Below, piece by piece: positions 17,383 to 27,096 of a stretch of DNA of 64,000 nucleotides. The DNA is from Micavibrio sp. (lineage in GTDB: Bacteria; Pseudomonadota; Alphaproteobacteria; UBA2400). The DNA lies in assembly GCA_040376705.1 (NCBI GenBank), contig JBEIQE010000001.1, forward strand, positions 246,809 to 310,808, in the 5' to 3' direction. The translations under genes and the position numbers were made by a program. Under the pieces are notes generated by a model. It had not been told where the DNA came from. It did no database searches and was given only the letters and a program-made list of their open reading frames with translations. Positions within the stretch are counted from its first letter, which is position 1; every line of letters begins with the position of its first letter.

Positions 17383-18047
17383 CCAAACGTATTCAGCTAC
17401 CACTCGGCTTCACGCCTCTTAGCGACATGAGCGAGGCCGATTTTGTAATTACTGAGGGCAATCAGGAGGCGCTGGCATGGTTGCAACGCTGGCCTGAATG
17501 GCCTGCACATGGCCTCGTGCTTTATGGCCCCAAGGGCAGTGGTAAAACTCACTTGGCGCATATCTGGGCGCAGCGGGCAGGGGCTGGCTTTATTGAGCAG
17601 CCCACGCTTGATAAAGGCAATCTGTTAGTGCTTGAAGATGCCGAGCGACTGGTGGGTGATGCGGCAGCCGAAGAAATGCTGTTCCATCTGCTTAACCAGC
17701 TTAAGGGCGAGCAGGGGCATATTCTCATTACAGCGCAGCAGGCACCTGTGCGCTGGGATGTTAAGCTGCCCGACCTGCGCTCGCGCCTGCTGGCTTTGCC
17801 TACAGCGCATATCGACCCGCCGGACGATGCAGCACTAACCGCCGTTATGGGTAAACTGTTTGCTGACCGGCAAATCAGGGTGCCCGCCGAGGTGATTGAT
17901 TATCTGGTGCGTCGGATTGAGCGTTCGTTTGCTGCAGCGCATGCCGCTGTTGTGGCCTGCGATGCTGCTGCGCTGGCTACCGGCAAGGCCATTACCCTGC
18001 CACTGGTGCGCGAGGTGCTTGCACGGGGCAGCGAAATAGTGACGTGA
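17379..18047 (+). CDS. hdaA: DnaA regulatory inactivator HdaA
   Basis: N-terminal clamp-binding QLPL, GPKGSGKTHL, LFHLLN, LPDLRSRL and RIERSF; GTG start overlaps the upstream stop. Confidence 0.88.
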   Translation: MTKRIQLPLGFTPLSDMSEADFVITEGNQEALAWLQRWPEWPAHGLVLYGPKGSGKTHLAHIWAQRAGAGFIEQPTLDKGNLLVLEDAERLVGDAAAEEMLFHLLNQLKGEQGHILITAQQAPVRWDVKLPDLRSRLLALPTAHIDPPDDAALTAVMGKLFADRQIRVPAEVIDYLVRRIERSFAAAHAAVVACDAAALATGKAITLPLVREVLARGSEIVT

Positions 18048-18078
18048 CGGCTACTCAGAATCAGGCCTAGAAAATCAC

Positions 18079-18492
18079 ATGGCTACGATTGATTTTGATA
18101 TCTTTATCGAAGGCACTGACAAAGATGGCGCACTTCAGCTGGGCAATACCGCCTCGCTGGTCGTGGAGGGCAAACTGCCCGCCAAAATCAAACCCGAAAA
18201 ATGTGATCTCATTGTAACCATCGGTACCTCGCAGCGTGGGCGGGGCGGCGGCGATAGCGAAGCTGGTTTTAGTTTAAGCGTGGCCGACTTCCTGAGCGGG
18301 AGCGGGCCATTTCTCTGCCAGATCGATTTTGAGGCCGAGGCCGTTGGCGGCATGAGCTTTAAGGTAGAGCTGGCGCATGGCCGCACGATTTTAGCCGAAG
18401 CTGCAACCAGCCTGCGCGTAACCAACCCACTGCGCGATAAAAGCGGCAAGATCCGCAAGACCGGCGCTGGCGCGCTCAAGGTAAAGAAGTAG
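18079..18492 (+). CDS. Hypothetical protein (beta-rich, basic C-terminal tail)
   Basis: ATG ORF of 137 aa filling the gap between hdaA and rnd; no motif recognised. Confidence 0.65.
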   Translation: MATIDFDIFIEGTDKDGALQLGNTASLVVEGKLPAKIKPEKCDLIVTIGTSQRGRGGGDSEAGFSLSVADFLSGSGPFLCQIDFEAEAVGGMSFKVELAHGRTILAEAATSLRVTNPLRDKSGKIRKTGAGALKVKK

Positions 18493-18506
18493 CTAGCTTC
18501 GTAAAG

Positions 18507-19703
18507 CTAAGCCTTCTTCTCTTTCTCGGCTTTTTCTTTTTCTTTCTCGCTGGGCTCAATCGGGATCAGCTGAACCTTACCCTTTTTAACCGAGAGCGAG
18601 AGCTTGCCGTTTTTGAGGGCCAGGGCCTGCTCGCCAAACAACTCACGGCGCCAGCCAACCAATGCCTGTGTTTCGGCTTTGTCACTCGCGGCAATCGCCT
18701 CAAGGTCGCTGGTATTGGCAATCAGGCGCGGGGCGACATTACCTTCATCGGCAATATGGCGCAGCAGTACCTTGAGCAGCTCAACTGTGGCATGCGAGTA
18801 GTGGCCAAGGTTGGGGCGTGGCGGCATTTTGGGCGCTTCTTCAATCGGCAGCTCAACACCTTTGTGTACGGCCTTAAGCAGCGATGCGCCCATTTTACCT
18901 TCGGCCCAGTTCTTTGAGACGCCGCGAATACGCGCGAGGTCCTCAACTGTAGCAGGCGGGTGCGAGGCAATTTCCTCTAAAGCTTCATCACGCAGAATAC
19001 GGCCACGCGGCAGGTCACGCGCTTGAGCTTCGCGCTCGCGGAAGGCGGCAACCTCCTTAAGAATGGCAAGGAAGCGCGGCTTGGTAATACGTGGCTTCAA
19101 GCGCTGCCAGGCTTCGTCCGGGTTGGTGCGATAGGTTTTCACATCGCTCAGCACGCCCATTTCCTCGGCCAGCCAGCTACCACGGCCGCTCTCGGCAATC
19201 ATCTCGCGCAGCTTTACATATGCAACGCGCAGATGGGTAACGTCGGCCAGCGCGTAGGTCACCTGCTTTTCGGTGAGCGGGCGGCGAGCCCAGTCAGTAA
19301 AACGGCTCGACTTGTCGAGCTGGATACCGGTGATCTTGGCAATCAGGTTATCGTAGCCAACAGAATCACCAAAGCCGCATACCATAGCGGCAACCTGTGT
19401 ATCAAACAGCGGCTCGGGCAGTTTGCCCATGGCATGATCAAAAATCTCGAGGTCCTGACGTGCCGCATGGAAAACCTTCACTACGGCAGGGTTCATCAGC
19501 AGATCGTAGAACGGGGCGAGGTCGATGCCTTCGGCCAAGGGGTCGATACAGGCAGCCTCGTCCGGGCCCGCCACCTGAATGAGGCAGAGTTGCGGCCAGA
19601 AGGTCGATTCACGGATGAACTCGGTGTCCACCGTCACAAACTCGACTTTGCCAAGGCGCTGGCAGAGGGCTTTAACCTCTTTACTGGTGGTCAGAATTGT
19701 CAT
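18507..19703 (-). CDS. rnd: Ribonuclease D
   Basis: VDTEFIRE, KVFHAARQDLE, FDTQVAA, TDWARRPL, YALADV and an HRDC domain. Confidence 0.96.
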   Translation of the reverse strand: MTILTTSKEVKALCQRLGKVEFVTVDTEFIRESTFWPQLCLIQVAGPDEAACIDPLAEGIDLAPFYDLLMNPAVVKVFHAARQDLEIFDHAMGKLPEPLFDTQVAAMVCGFGDSVGYDNLIAKITGIQLDKSSRFTDWARRPLTEKQVTYALADVTHLRVAYVKLREMIAESGRGSWLAEEMGVLSDVKTYRTNPDEAWQRLKPRITKPRFLAILKEVAAFREREAQARDLPRGRILRDEALEEIASHPPATVEDLARIRGVSKNWAEGKMGASLLKAVHKGVELPIEEAPKMPPRPNLGHYSHATVELLKVLLRHIADEGNVAPRLIANTSDLEAIAASDKAETQALVGWRRELFGEQALALKNGKLSLSVKKGKVQLIPIEPSEKEKEKAEKEKKA

Positions 19704-19763
19704 GGGGCGGTGATAGCGCCTCACAAGCCGTCTTACCAGCCGAATCAATGGCTTCCAGCACAA

Positions 19764-19778
19764 TTAAGCGAGATTTAA
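19764..19778. promoter_or_regulatory. CtrA-binding box
   Basis: TTAA-GCGAGAT-TTAA (N7) in the divergent rnd/orphan intergenic region. Confidence 0.5.
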
Positions 19779-19802
19779 GGCGCAGGGGTAACACTGGGTA
19801 AC

Positions 19803-20597
19803 ATGGCCGACTTTGCAAGCAATCTCAAATCAGTAGCGGGTAAAACCCAGCATATCTGGCTGGCTGACGGGCAGTTTGGTAATGGTCAGACCTATCAGGC
19901 TTTGGCCCAGCCGGGGGTTTTGGCAGGGGTAAAGCAGGCCGGAATTGGTCATGTTTTTGTCGACCTGCCCAAATTCGTCGGATTCGTTAACGATGCGCTG
20001 GTCGATGGCCGCGCTAAGCCCGAGCAGCTGGCAAACGATATTGCCGAAAACCCGTCTTACCGCATTTATGCAAACAAAGCGCCCGTACCAGCCCAGCCAG
20101 CCGAGATTGCCGCTGTTATGCAGCGTGCGCACGCTGCTGGTGTGCATCTGCATTTTACCGGCGAGAGCATGCTCGAAAACTTTGATGGAACGCATATGCA
20201 GAATACCATCGAGGCGCAGTTTGTGCTCCATACGGTTAATAACCGCCAGATGCGCCTGTCCGATATATTCTCCGGGATGGGGGGTGATGCACAGCGCCGC
20301 CAGCAGTTTGCCGAACAGCAGATGAAGATTAAAGACAGCCCCATCGCACGCATTGCGGCTGATATTCTCGATGGACATAAAAAGCAGCTAGAAGGCACGG
20401 TGGCCGAAGTGAAGGCCCTGCCGGAGGGTGAGCGCGCGCTGATCATCCAGCACGCCAACCCGCAAATCGGCATGAGTGTGGAGAGCCTTCTAGGTGCCGA
20501 TAAGGTCGGGCGCATAGAGGCCAGCGATTTGCACAAAGTCGCGCCATCTGGCAATACGCCGAGGCTGCGCGATAACGGCGTACAGGCTACGCCATAA
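19803..20597 (+). CDS. Hypothetical protein (orphan-like, 264 aa)
   Basis: Long ATG ORF inserted between rnd and aspS; no recognised motif. Confidence 0.7.
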   Translation: MADFASNLKSVAGKTQHIWLADGQFGNGQTYQALAQPGVLAGVKQAGIGHVFVDLPKFVGFVNDALVDGRAKPEQLANDIAENPSYRIYANKAPVPAQPAEIAAVMQRAHAAGVHLHFTGESMLENFDGTHMQNTIEAQFVLHTVNNRQMRLSDIFSGMGGDAQRRQQFAEQQMKIKDSPIARIAADILDGHKKQLEGTVAEVKALPEGERALIIQHANPQIGMSVESLLGADKVGRIEASDLHKVAPSGNTPRLRDNGVQATP

Positions 20598-20671
20598 CCC
20601 CTCATTCTCCTTGACAAAAACCCGATTTTCGGGCCTTTTTCCCTGACTTTTTATCAGGTAGGGATTTTGTC

Positions 20672-22483
20672 ATGCACGCATATCGCACTCACACTTGTGG
20701 CCAGCTCCGTCAGGAGCAGGTGGGCGAGACCGTCCGCCTTTCAGGCTGGATCAATCGCAAGCGTGACCATGGCAATCTCCTCTTCATCGATTTGCGTGAC
20801 CACTATGGCGTTACTCAGTGCGTGGTCGATACCTCGCACCCGCAGTTCAAAGAGGCCGAAGCTGCCCGTCTTGAAACCGTTATTACCATCACCGGTAAGG
20901 TGCTGGCCCGCTCGGCTGACACCATTAACGAGAAGTTGCCCACCGGCCATGTTGAAGTGAGCGTATCTGAGCTCGCCATTCAGGGTACGGCGCAAGTGCT
21001 GCCATTCCAGGTGAATGTGGATGATGATGGCTCGGAAGAATTCCGCCTGCGCCACCGCTACCTCGATTTGCGCCGCGACCGTATGCAGAAGAACATTATT
21101 CTGCGCTCGGATGTTATTTCGTTCTTGCGTGCCCGCATGATCAAGTCTGGCTTCCATGAATTCCAGACCCCCATTCTCACCGCCTCAAGCCCTGAAGGTG
21201 CCCGCGACTTCCTCGTGCCGTCGCGCGTTCATCCCGGCAAGTTCTATGCATTGCCGCAGGCGCCGCAGCAGTTCAAGCAGCTGCTGATGGTTGCTGGCTT
21301 CGATAGGTATTTCCAGGTGGCCCCGTGCTTCCGTGATGAAGACAGCCGTGCCGATCGCTCCCCGGGTGAGTTCTACCAGCTCGACTTTGAAATGAGCTTT
21401 GTCACCCAGCAGGATATTTTCGATACCATCGGCCCCGTGCTGTATGACCTGTTCGAAAACTTCTCGAGCTTCACCGGCACCAAGCGCAAGGTCAGCCCGT
21501 ATCCGTTCGAGCAGATCACTTATGCCGATTCAATGCTCAAGTACGGCAACGACAAGCCCGACCTGCGTAACCCGCTGGTGATTGTCGATGTGACCAGCGT
21601 ATTCAAGCGTGATGATATTGAGTTCCGCGCCTTCCGCGAAATCATCAACAAGGGCGGTGTGGTTCGCTGCATCAAGGCACCCAAGGTGTCGGATAAGCCG
21701 CGTAGCTTCTTCGATAAGCTCAACGACTGGGCGCGCGGCGAGGGTGCTCCCGGCCTTGGTTACATTACGTTTGAGGCTGACGGTGGCAAGGGCCCCATCG
21801 CCAAGTTCGTACCACCTGCAGCGCAGGAAGAGCTCAAGAAGCTCATGGGTGCCGAAGCTGGCGATGCCGTGTTCTTCGTGTGCGATCAGGTAGCCGCAGC
21901 TGCCAAGCTGGCTGGCCATGCGCGTACGCGTATCGGTAACGAGCTCGAGCTGATCAACAAGAACGAATACAAGCTGTGCTGGATCGTCGACTTCCCGATG
22001 TACGAGTACAACGAAGACACCAAGAAGATTGACTTCAGCCATAACCCGTTCTCCATGCCGCAGGGCGAAATGAAGGCGCTGGTCGAGAAGGACCCGCTGG
22101 ATATCTTGGCCTATCAGTACGACATTGTGTGCAACGGCATTGAGCTGTCGTCTGGCGCTATCCGCAATCACAATCCCGACATCATGATCAAGGCGTTTGA
22201 GATTGCCGGTTACAGCAAAGAAGAAGTTGAAAACCGCTTCAGCGGCATGATCAACGCCTTCCGCTTTGGCGCACCGCCGCACGGTGGCTCGGCTCCTGGT
22301 ATCGACCGTATGGTGATGCTGATTGCCGATGAGCCGAACATCCGCGAAGTGATTACCTTCCCGCTCAACCAGCAGGCGATGGACCTGATGATGAATGCGC
22401 CGAACAGCGTTCGCCCCGAGCAGCTGAAGGAACTTCACATCGCCCTCAACTTGCCGAAACCGAAGGTTGCTAGTGCGGGGTAA
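20672..22483 (+). CDS. aspS: Aspartate--tRNA ligase
   Basis: [50 protein letters not shown] and GAPPHGG. Confidence 0.98.
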   Translation: MHAYRTHTCGQLRQEQVGETVRLSGWINRKRDHGNLLFIDLRDHYGVTQCVVDTSHPQFKEAEAARLETVITITGKVLARSADTINEKLPTGHVEVSVSELAIQGTAQVLPFQVNVDDDGSEEFRLRHRYLDLRRDRMQKNIILRSDVISFLRARMIKSGFHEFQTPILTASSPEGARDFLVPSRVHPGKFYALPQAPQQFKQLLMVAGFDRYFQVAPCFRDEDSRADRSPGEFYQLDFEMSFVTQQDIFDTIGPVLYDLFENFSSFTGTKRKVSPYPFEQITYADSMLKYGNDKPDLRNPLVIVDVTSVFKRDDIEFRAFREIINKGGVVRCIKAPKVSDKPRSFFDKLNDWARGEGAPGLGYITFEADGGKGPIAKFVPPAAQEELKKLMGAEAGDAVFFVCDQVAAAAKLAGHARTRIGNELELINKNEYKLCWIVDFPMYEYNEDTKKIDFSHNPFSMPQGEMKALVEKDPLDILAYQYDIVCNGIELSSGAIRNHNPDIMIKAFEIAGYSKEEVENRFSGMINAFRFGAPPHGGSAPGIDRMVMLIADEPNIREVITFPLNQQAMDLMMNAPNSVRPEQLKELHIALNLPKPKVASAG

Positions 22484-22484
22484 T

Positions 22485-23096
22485 GTGAGATTCGTCCCGA
22501 CATTAAAATTATGGCATCTTTTTGCAGTTGTTATTGCTGGGGCGCTATATATTCACCATGACAACGAGACCTCTCGCCAATCCTTAGCAGCGCATCAGGC
22601 GGCAGAGAAGTTTGTGCCTTTTCTCAATAGCTCAATTAACATAATGCTCGCACAGAAGGATATATTTGTTGGTGTAATCCCACAAAGGCGGTCTGCAGTT
22701 ATTACTGAGGCAATAAGCAAGATACAATTGGCGGATGAACAGAAAATAGGCCTATACAATTTAATCGATAGCCCTAACTATTCAATGCATTTTGATACTT
22801 GGGACAATTTTTTAGGTCTCACGGTTTATTATAATAATTCAGCTTTTTGTAAGGTTATATCTCGTGCAATTATTGACATGAAGAGTTCGCATGTAGAGTT
22901 AGATGGCGTGTCTTGGTTTGCAAGCTCTTCCCAGCGGGTCACATGGGATGCAACTGGGCGCAAGCCTATTGAAGTTTTTCCTTTATATGGAGTTGCGGCC
23001 GACCAAGATCCTATGGGAATACCAACAGAAGCACAGGTGGATTGGGCTTGTTCTAATTCAGATAATATAAGCCTAGTATTTAACCTTAATGATTGA
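22485..23096 (+). CDS. Hypothetical membrane-anchored protein, AT-rich
   Basis: N-terminal hydrophobic segment LWHLFAVVIAGALYI; visibly more AT-rich than flanking genes; start uncertain. Confidence 0.6.
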   Translation: MRFVPTLKLWHLFAVVIAGALYIHHDNETSRQSLAAHQAAEKFVPFLNSSINIMLAQKDIFVGVIPQRRSAVITEAISKIQLADEQKIGLYNLIDSPNYSMHFDTWDNFLGLTVYYNNSAFCKVISRAIIDMKSSHVELDGVSWFASSSQRVTWDATGRKPIEVFPLYGVAADQDPMGIPTEAQVDWACSNSDNISLVFNLND

Positions 23097-23156
23097 GCGA
23101 TGAAGAATTAATCAGAAAACCTGATCAGCTACATAAGAATAAAATAACCTCACCAT

Positions 23157-23240
23157 ATTGTCATCCCAGCGAAAGCTGGGATCCATCTTAACGTATGCGG
23201 TTATGTTGCCATGGATGCCAGCCTGCGCTGGCATGACAAT
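23157..23240. repeat. REP/MITE-like palindromic intergenic element
   Basis: ATTGTCATCCCAGCGAAAGCTGGGATCCAT...ATGGATGCCAGCCTGCGCTGGCATGACAAT: two hairpin units in inverted orientation with terminal inverted repeats, matching the GTCATCCC..GGGATCCA palindromic repeats common in alphaproteobacteria. Confidence 0.8.
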
Positions 23241-23296
23241 TATCTTTAACTCGCATTAGCATCTGCCTATAGTTCTTGCAACAATCAGGGACCAAC

Positions 23297-23680
23297 GTGG
23301 CGCATATAGACATAACAGGGCTACCGCCTGCGGCTGTATTCGCTGCACTGTTTAACTATGCGCGTATCGATCAGCGCGGAGAGAAGAGCACGCTTGAAGA
23401 AATATCCCTGCTCTCGGCGTTTCATATGCTCAAGGGCGTAGGCTTCAAGCTGCCGTATCAGAAGGAAGATGGCACGATAAGGTATGGCTACGATGGCCGA
23501 TTGGTACCGGTCGATTTGCGCTCAACCAGCTTTAACCCTGTGCTCTATAATCTTTATAACGGCGATGGCGCGGCCGAGCTGATTATTGAGTGCATGCTTA
23601 AGCGCGAAGCGCTGCCGTATCGCCGTCTTAACCGGCCTATTACTATTGATATGACAGTAGTACAGCCTAGGTTGGGGTAA
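23297..23680 (+). CDS. Hypothetical protein (IDITGL...AALFN...GR..VDL...LYN..NG.GAA family)
   Basis: GTG start with AGGGA RBS; resembles a recurrent uncharacterised small-protein family (from memory, not searched). Confidence 0.7.
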   Translation: MAHIDITGLPPAAVFAALFNYARIDQRGEKSTLEEISLLSAFHMLKGVGFKLPYQKEDGTIRYGYDGRLVPVDLRSTSFNPVLYNLYNGDGAAELIIECMLKREALPYRRLNRPITIDMTVVQPRLG

Positions 23681-24665
23681 AGGCCGCTCTGATGGTCTTG
23701 CGCATTTGTGCTGACAACTGCGGATGGCTGATCGCCCATTCAGTTATATCATCATGCAGCCGGTTATCCAGCCACGCCAGATCCATGTTCTTTGATTGCA
23801 TGAAGCGGGCGCTGCGCAGAATATTGCAGGCAAACAGGCTGTTCGCCTGAAGCGCAAGGCCGGTATGGTCGTTATAGCCTTTAAGCAGATGCGGTACTTC
23901 TTGTGGCCAATTGGGCATGCATTGTGAAAGCTCGGTAAACAGGTTGCTGCGGGTGGCGAGTTCAAAATCTATCGCGCCAGAGATTTTGCCATCAGGGGCG
24001 GTGATGATGTTGCGCTCGGCCCAGTCGCTGTGCACAAACAGTTTTCTGTCCATGTTTTGCGCCAGCTCATCTTCACGGTCGAGGCCTATCTGGGCCAATA
24101 TGGCGCAATAAGCCCAACCCTGTTTCTTGCTCCAGCCGAGCTTGCGTATAGCGCTGCCTGCATGGCGATAGGCAGATGCGGGTGTAACCGGAATGTTCCA
24201 GCCATGGTGCGTATTGGGGGCCGCCTCATAAGGCACTTCTGTATGCAGTAGCCCGAGGAGCTTGCCCATTTCACGATAAACATGAACACGCTTTTGTGGT
24301 GTGAGAAACGGCAGGCGGGCTTGCATGCTCATGCCCGGCATAAACTCACGGATGATGATGCGCTGCTTGCGGTGGTGGCTGCCCGCGTTGAAGTCGGCCA
24401 CAATGCGCGGCACCCGGTATCCATGCGGGGCAAGGGCATCTGCCACCACATCAAGCATCTGCTTGCTCTCGTGGTTCTTCCACTCCCAGGTTGCACGGGT
24501 TGGCGCACTTTGTATGAAATAGGTGCGGCCGAGAGGGCCTACCCAGTGGCGGCTGCCAATACTTACAATCCTGTTGTTTTTAAAACCCGACAGATCGAGC
24601 CCGGCCTCAAAGCGGGCAGATTTGCGGATTTCGCTCCAGCTGGGCAGGTCGGGCAGTTTGGCCAT
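23667..24665 (-). CDS. Aminoglycoside phosphotransferase/choline kinase-like protein
   Basis: VPRIV, EFMPG, LGLLH, Brenner motif HSDWAERNI and IDFE. Confidence 0.8.
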   Translation of the reverse strand: MAKLPDLPSWSEIRKSARFEAGLDLSGFKNNRIVSIGSRHWVGPLGRTYFIQSAPTRATWEWKNHESKQMLDVVADALAPHGYRVPRIVADFNAGSHHRKQRIIIREFMPGMSMQARLPFLTPQKRVHVYREMGKLLGLLHTEVPYEAAPNTHHGWNIPVTPASAYRHAGSAIRKLGWSKKQGWAYCAILAQIGLDREDELAQNMDRKLFVHSDWAERNIITAPDGKISGAIDFELATRSNLFTELSQCMPNWPQEVPHLLKGYNDHTGLALQANSLFACNILRSARFMQSKNMDLAWLDNRLHDDITEWAISHPQLSAQMRKTIRAAFTPT

Positions 24666-24727
24666 GGCATTTGCATTAACAGCATGTCTGGTATGTCCAA
24701 TTCAATTGCATTTTAGGCGTTAAGGGG

Positions 24728-24757
24728 TTGCGTTCGGGCCTTGGGCAACGCTACAAA
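24728..24757 (+). promoter_or_regulatory. sigma70-like promoter for the Ile leader unit
   Basis: TTGCGT-N18-TACAAA; predicted +1 approximately at ATG 24763. Confidence 0.5.
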
Positions 24758-24762
24758 TAGCC

Positions 24763-24858
24763 ATGGTCACTTTGCCAAGCAACTTTGCTTCTGCAGCCCG
24801 CGCGTTAGACGCCCGGATGATGGCCATTATTATTATCGCCGCGCGAATTAGCCGCTAA
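24763..24858 (+). CDS. Ile-run leader peptide MVTLPSNFASAARALDARMMAIIIIAARISR
   Basis: ATT ATT ATT ATC run near the C-terminus; hairpin GCGCGAATTAGCC-GCTAA-GGCTAATTTTTCGCGC (24841-24874) overlaps the stop; C/U-rich tract follows. Confidence 0.7.
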   Translation: MVTLPSNFASAARALDARMMAIIIIAARISR

Positions 24859-24924
24859 GGCTAATTTTTCGCGCACCTCATCCCCACAATACGTGTTTTT
24901 TTGCCCATTTTCCGGAGTTAATCC

Positions 24925-25590
24925 GTGTCTGTATCTAACGCCCCAAGTGCCCGTAGCCTGTTTAAGCTTCTCGCTGGCACATCAAATGATCTCACCCCCC
25001 AGCGCAGCTGCGATGTGGTGGGTATTCTCAAGAGCGCGCATCCAGCTGTTTATGCTGGCACGCTTAAAAATTTCCAGCGCTGCACCACCCGCTTTGCCGC
25101 CGCCTGCCAGCGCTATGAGGAAGGGCCGAAGTCGCTAAAGTCAGGCCTCAGTCCGCGTTTCATGCAGCCGGAGTATCTGACGCATATGGGGCAAGCCATG
25201 CCATATGGTGTGTTGATGCCGGTTTACTTCCATAACGCCCGCTGGCCGTTCCAGTTCGCCAAGCAGGATGAGGCGCGTAGTAACCCCTATGGCAATACGG
25301 TGCTTAGTGCCATGGCGCAGCTACGCGCGCAGCAGGCCATGCTGCTCCGGCAGATGCGTCACGCCAAGCGCAAGCCAAACCTCAGTAGCAGGGTCGATGG
25401 TTGCCTTGCTGCCTGGCTCGGCAAGCAGGTAGCGGATAATTATGCACTGCTGCGGCCGCTCGAGCCGGTACGCCATACCTTCCGGCAGGAGGCAGTGGAG
25501 CGCGCGAAGAAGCGTGTACTGCGTGAGGGGAATGTCATTCAGCTGCGTAAACAGAAGGATTTCAGCGGGCTTCGAGTCGCTAGTATGTAA
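24925..25590 (+). CDS. Hypothetical basic protein (221 aa, only 2 Ile)
   Basis: GTG start with GGAG RBS; directly downstream of the Ile leader. Confidence 0.7.
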   Translation: MSVSNAPSARSLFKLLAGTSNDLTPQRSCDVVGILKSAHPAVYAGTLKNFQRCTTRFAAACQRYEEGPKSLKSGLSPRFMQPEYLTHMGQAMPYGVLMPVYFHNARWPFQFAKQDEARSNPYGNTVLSAMAQLRAQQAMLLRQMRHAKRKPNLSSRVDGCLAAWLGKQVADNYALLRPLEPVRHTFRQEAVERAKKRVLREGNVIQLRKQKDFSGLRVASM

Positions 25591-25597
25591 GTTGGTC

Positions 25598-25613
25598 TGG
25601 CTTTATTCTTGCA
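25598..25613 (+). promoter_or_regulatory. Possible sigma54 promoter
   Basis: TGGC-TTTATTC-TTGCA with GG-N10-GC spacing, about 40 nt before ATG 25654. Confidence 0.4.
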
Positions 25614-25653
25614 TGTTTCCGGCACTATTTTCCTTTTGCCGGGAGGCTTGTAT

Positions 25654-26349
25654 ATGCAAATCTTTTCCAATCAACGGCTTATCCCGACCGATTTTAGCCT
25701 CACACAGGCACCACGGGAAAATTTTACCCGCGTTCAGGATATGCTGGGCATGGAAGGTCCACCGGCTGGCATTCTGGCGGATAATGACCCCAGCCAGGTG
25801 TTTGCCGAAATTGTCGTGAACGGGCAGTCGGTCGCCAAAATTTATAACAGCGGTGCGGTTGAAAGCTCCAACGCTTTGGGCGGGCGCATCAACGCGCTGG
25901 TGAAGGATGATCTGGGCAGTGGCCCCACGCTGGCAGCCAGCCGGGCCGAGCGCTTGGCCAGCATGCTGGGCGGCAAAGTCGAGAAGGCCGATACGGCCAT
26001 GGAGCAGGGCGCATGGCAGGACTGGAAGCTGGACCGCGACCAGTCGCTCGCCAGCTATTACAACACAACGCCCACGCACATCGCAGCGCAGGATATTGCC
26101 AGCTCTGAAGAAGATGTTTTGCTTGATAGCCCTGCCGATGAGTTCCGCGAGTTCATGAAGAAGAGTGCAGGCGAGCGTATGGTCGATCAAATCCTCAAGT
26201 CCATGGGCCTGAGTGCTGAGGATGTTGCCGCCATGAGCCCGGAAGAACGCGCCGGTGTTATGGCCAAGGTGCAGGAAATCATCGAAGAGAAGCTGCGTCA
26301 GGCCAGTGGTGTAGCGGGTAGCGGTAACTCAGCCATCGACGCAGCTTGA
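25654..26349 (+). CDS. Hypothetical protein (conserved-looking proteobacterial domains)
   Basis: GGAGG RBS; FAEIVVNGQSVAKIYNSG segment and C-terminal EF..FMKKS..ER...ILKSMGLS.ED.AAMSPEER helical module. Confidence 0.75.
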   Translation: MQIFSNQRLIPTDFSLTQAPRENFTRVQDMLGMEGPPAGILADNDPSQVFAEIVVNGQSVAKIYNSGAVESSNALGGRINALVKDDLGSGPTLAASRAERLASMLGGKVEKADTAMEQGAWQDWKLDRDQSLASYYNTTPTHIAAQDIASSEEDVLLDSPADEFREFMKKSAGERMVDQILKSMGLSAEDVAAMSPEERAGVMAKVQEIIEEKLRQASGVAGSGNSAIDAA

Positions 26350-26382
26350 TTAACGTTTCCCGTTTAAGGGCAACGCCCGGCT

Positions 26383-27042
26383 TTACGCCGAGCGTTTGCC
26401 TTTACGGGCGGCTTTGTTGGCATAAAGGCGGGCATCTGCACGCTTGAGCACATCGTTAGCCGTATCGCCGCCCACATAGCTGGCAGCACCAAAGCTGGCG
26501 CGCAGGGGCAGGGCAAACTCTTTCCAGTTCAGCGCCGCGGCATTGAGTTGGGCTTGTAGCTGGGCAGCGCGGCGTTGGCCGGTTACGGTTTTGCTGCGTG
26601 GCAGGATGATGGCAAATTCATCCCCGCCCAAACGGGCCACCGTATCGCCATCGCGCAGCGCGCCCATCAGGGTTTTACCTACCAGCTGCAGGTAAGCATC
26701 GCCGGCGGCATGGCCAAAGCGGTCGTTCACCAGCTTGAAGCCATCGAGATCGACCATAATGATGGTGCCGCAGCTGTTGGGGTCGCGCTGGGCAGCGCCA
26801 ATTTCACGGGTGAGGGCCATTTCAAAACCACGACGATTGAGGGTGCCGGTCAGTTCATCGGTAAAGCTCAGGTTCTCGAGAATCTTGATGCGGGTGCGCT
26901 GCTGGCTGATCAGGCGCTCGGCCTCGGCGACCATGGCATAGGCGCGGGCGAGCAGGCGCTCGTTCAGTTCCTGTGTTTCCTTCGAAACATCAAATTCCAT
27001 CGGGGCGGTAGGCAGATTGTTGAGGTCTAAATGAAACGACAT
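26383..27042 (-). CDS. Diguanylate cyclase (coiled coil + GGDEF)
   Basis: TDELTGTLNRR, DLDGFKLVNDRFGHAAGD, RDGD..ARLGGDEF (RxxD I-site) and RADARLYANK. Confidence 0.93.
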   Translation of the reverse strand: MSFHLDLNNLPTAPMEFDVSKETQELNERLLARAYAMVAEAERLISQQRTRIKILENLSFTDELTGTLNRRGFEMALTREIGAAQRDPNSCGTIIMVDLDGFKLVNDRFGHAAGDAYLQLVGKTLMGALRDGDTVARLGGDEFAIILPRSKTVTGQRRAAQLQAQLNAAALNWKEFALPLRASFGAASYVGGDTANDVLKRADARLYANKAARKGKRSA

Positions 27043-27081
27043 GGCCGGTATACTCCTGTTTGATAATCTGGAATGATAAGA

Positions 27082-27096
27082 GCAAGCCTTGTGCCA
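27082..27096 (-). promoter_or_regulatory. sigma54 (-24/-12) promoter of the GGDEF gene
   Basis: Minus strand TGGCAC-AAGGC-TTGC, a perfect consensus match. Confidence 0.75.
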
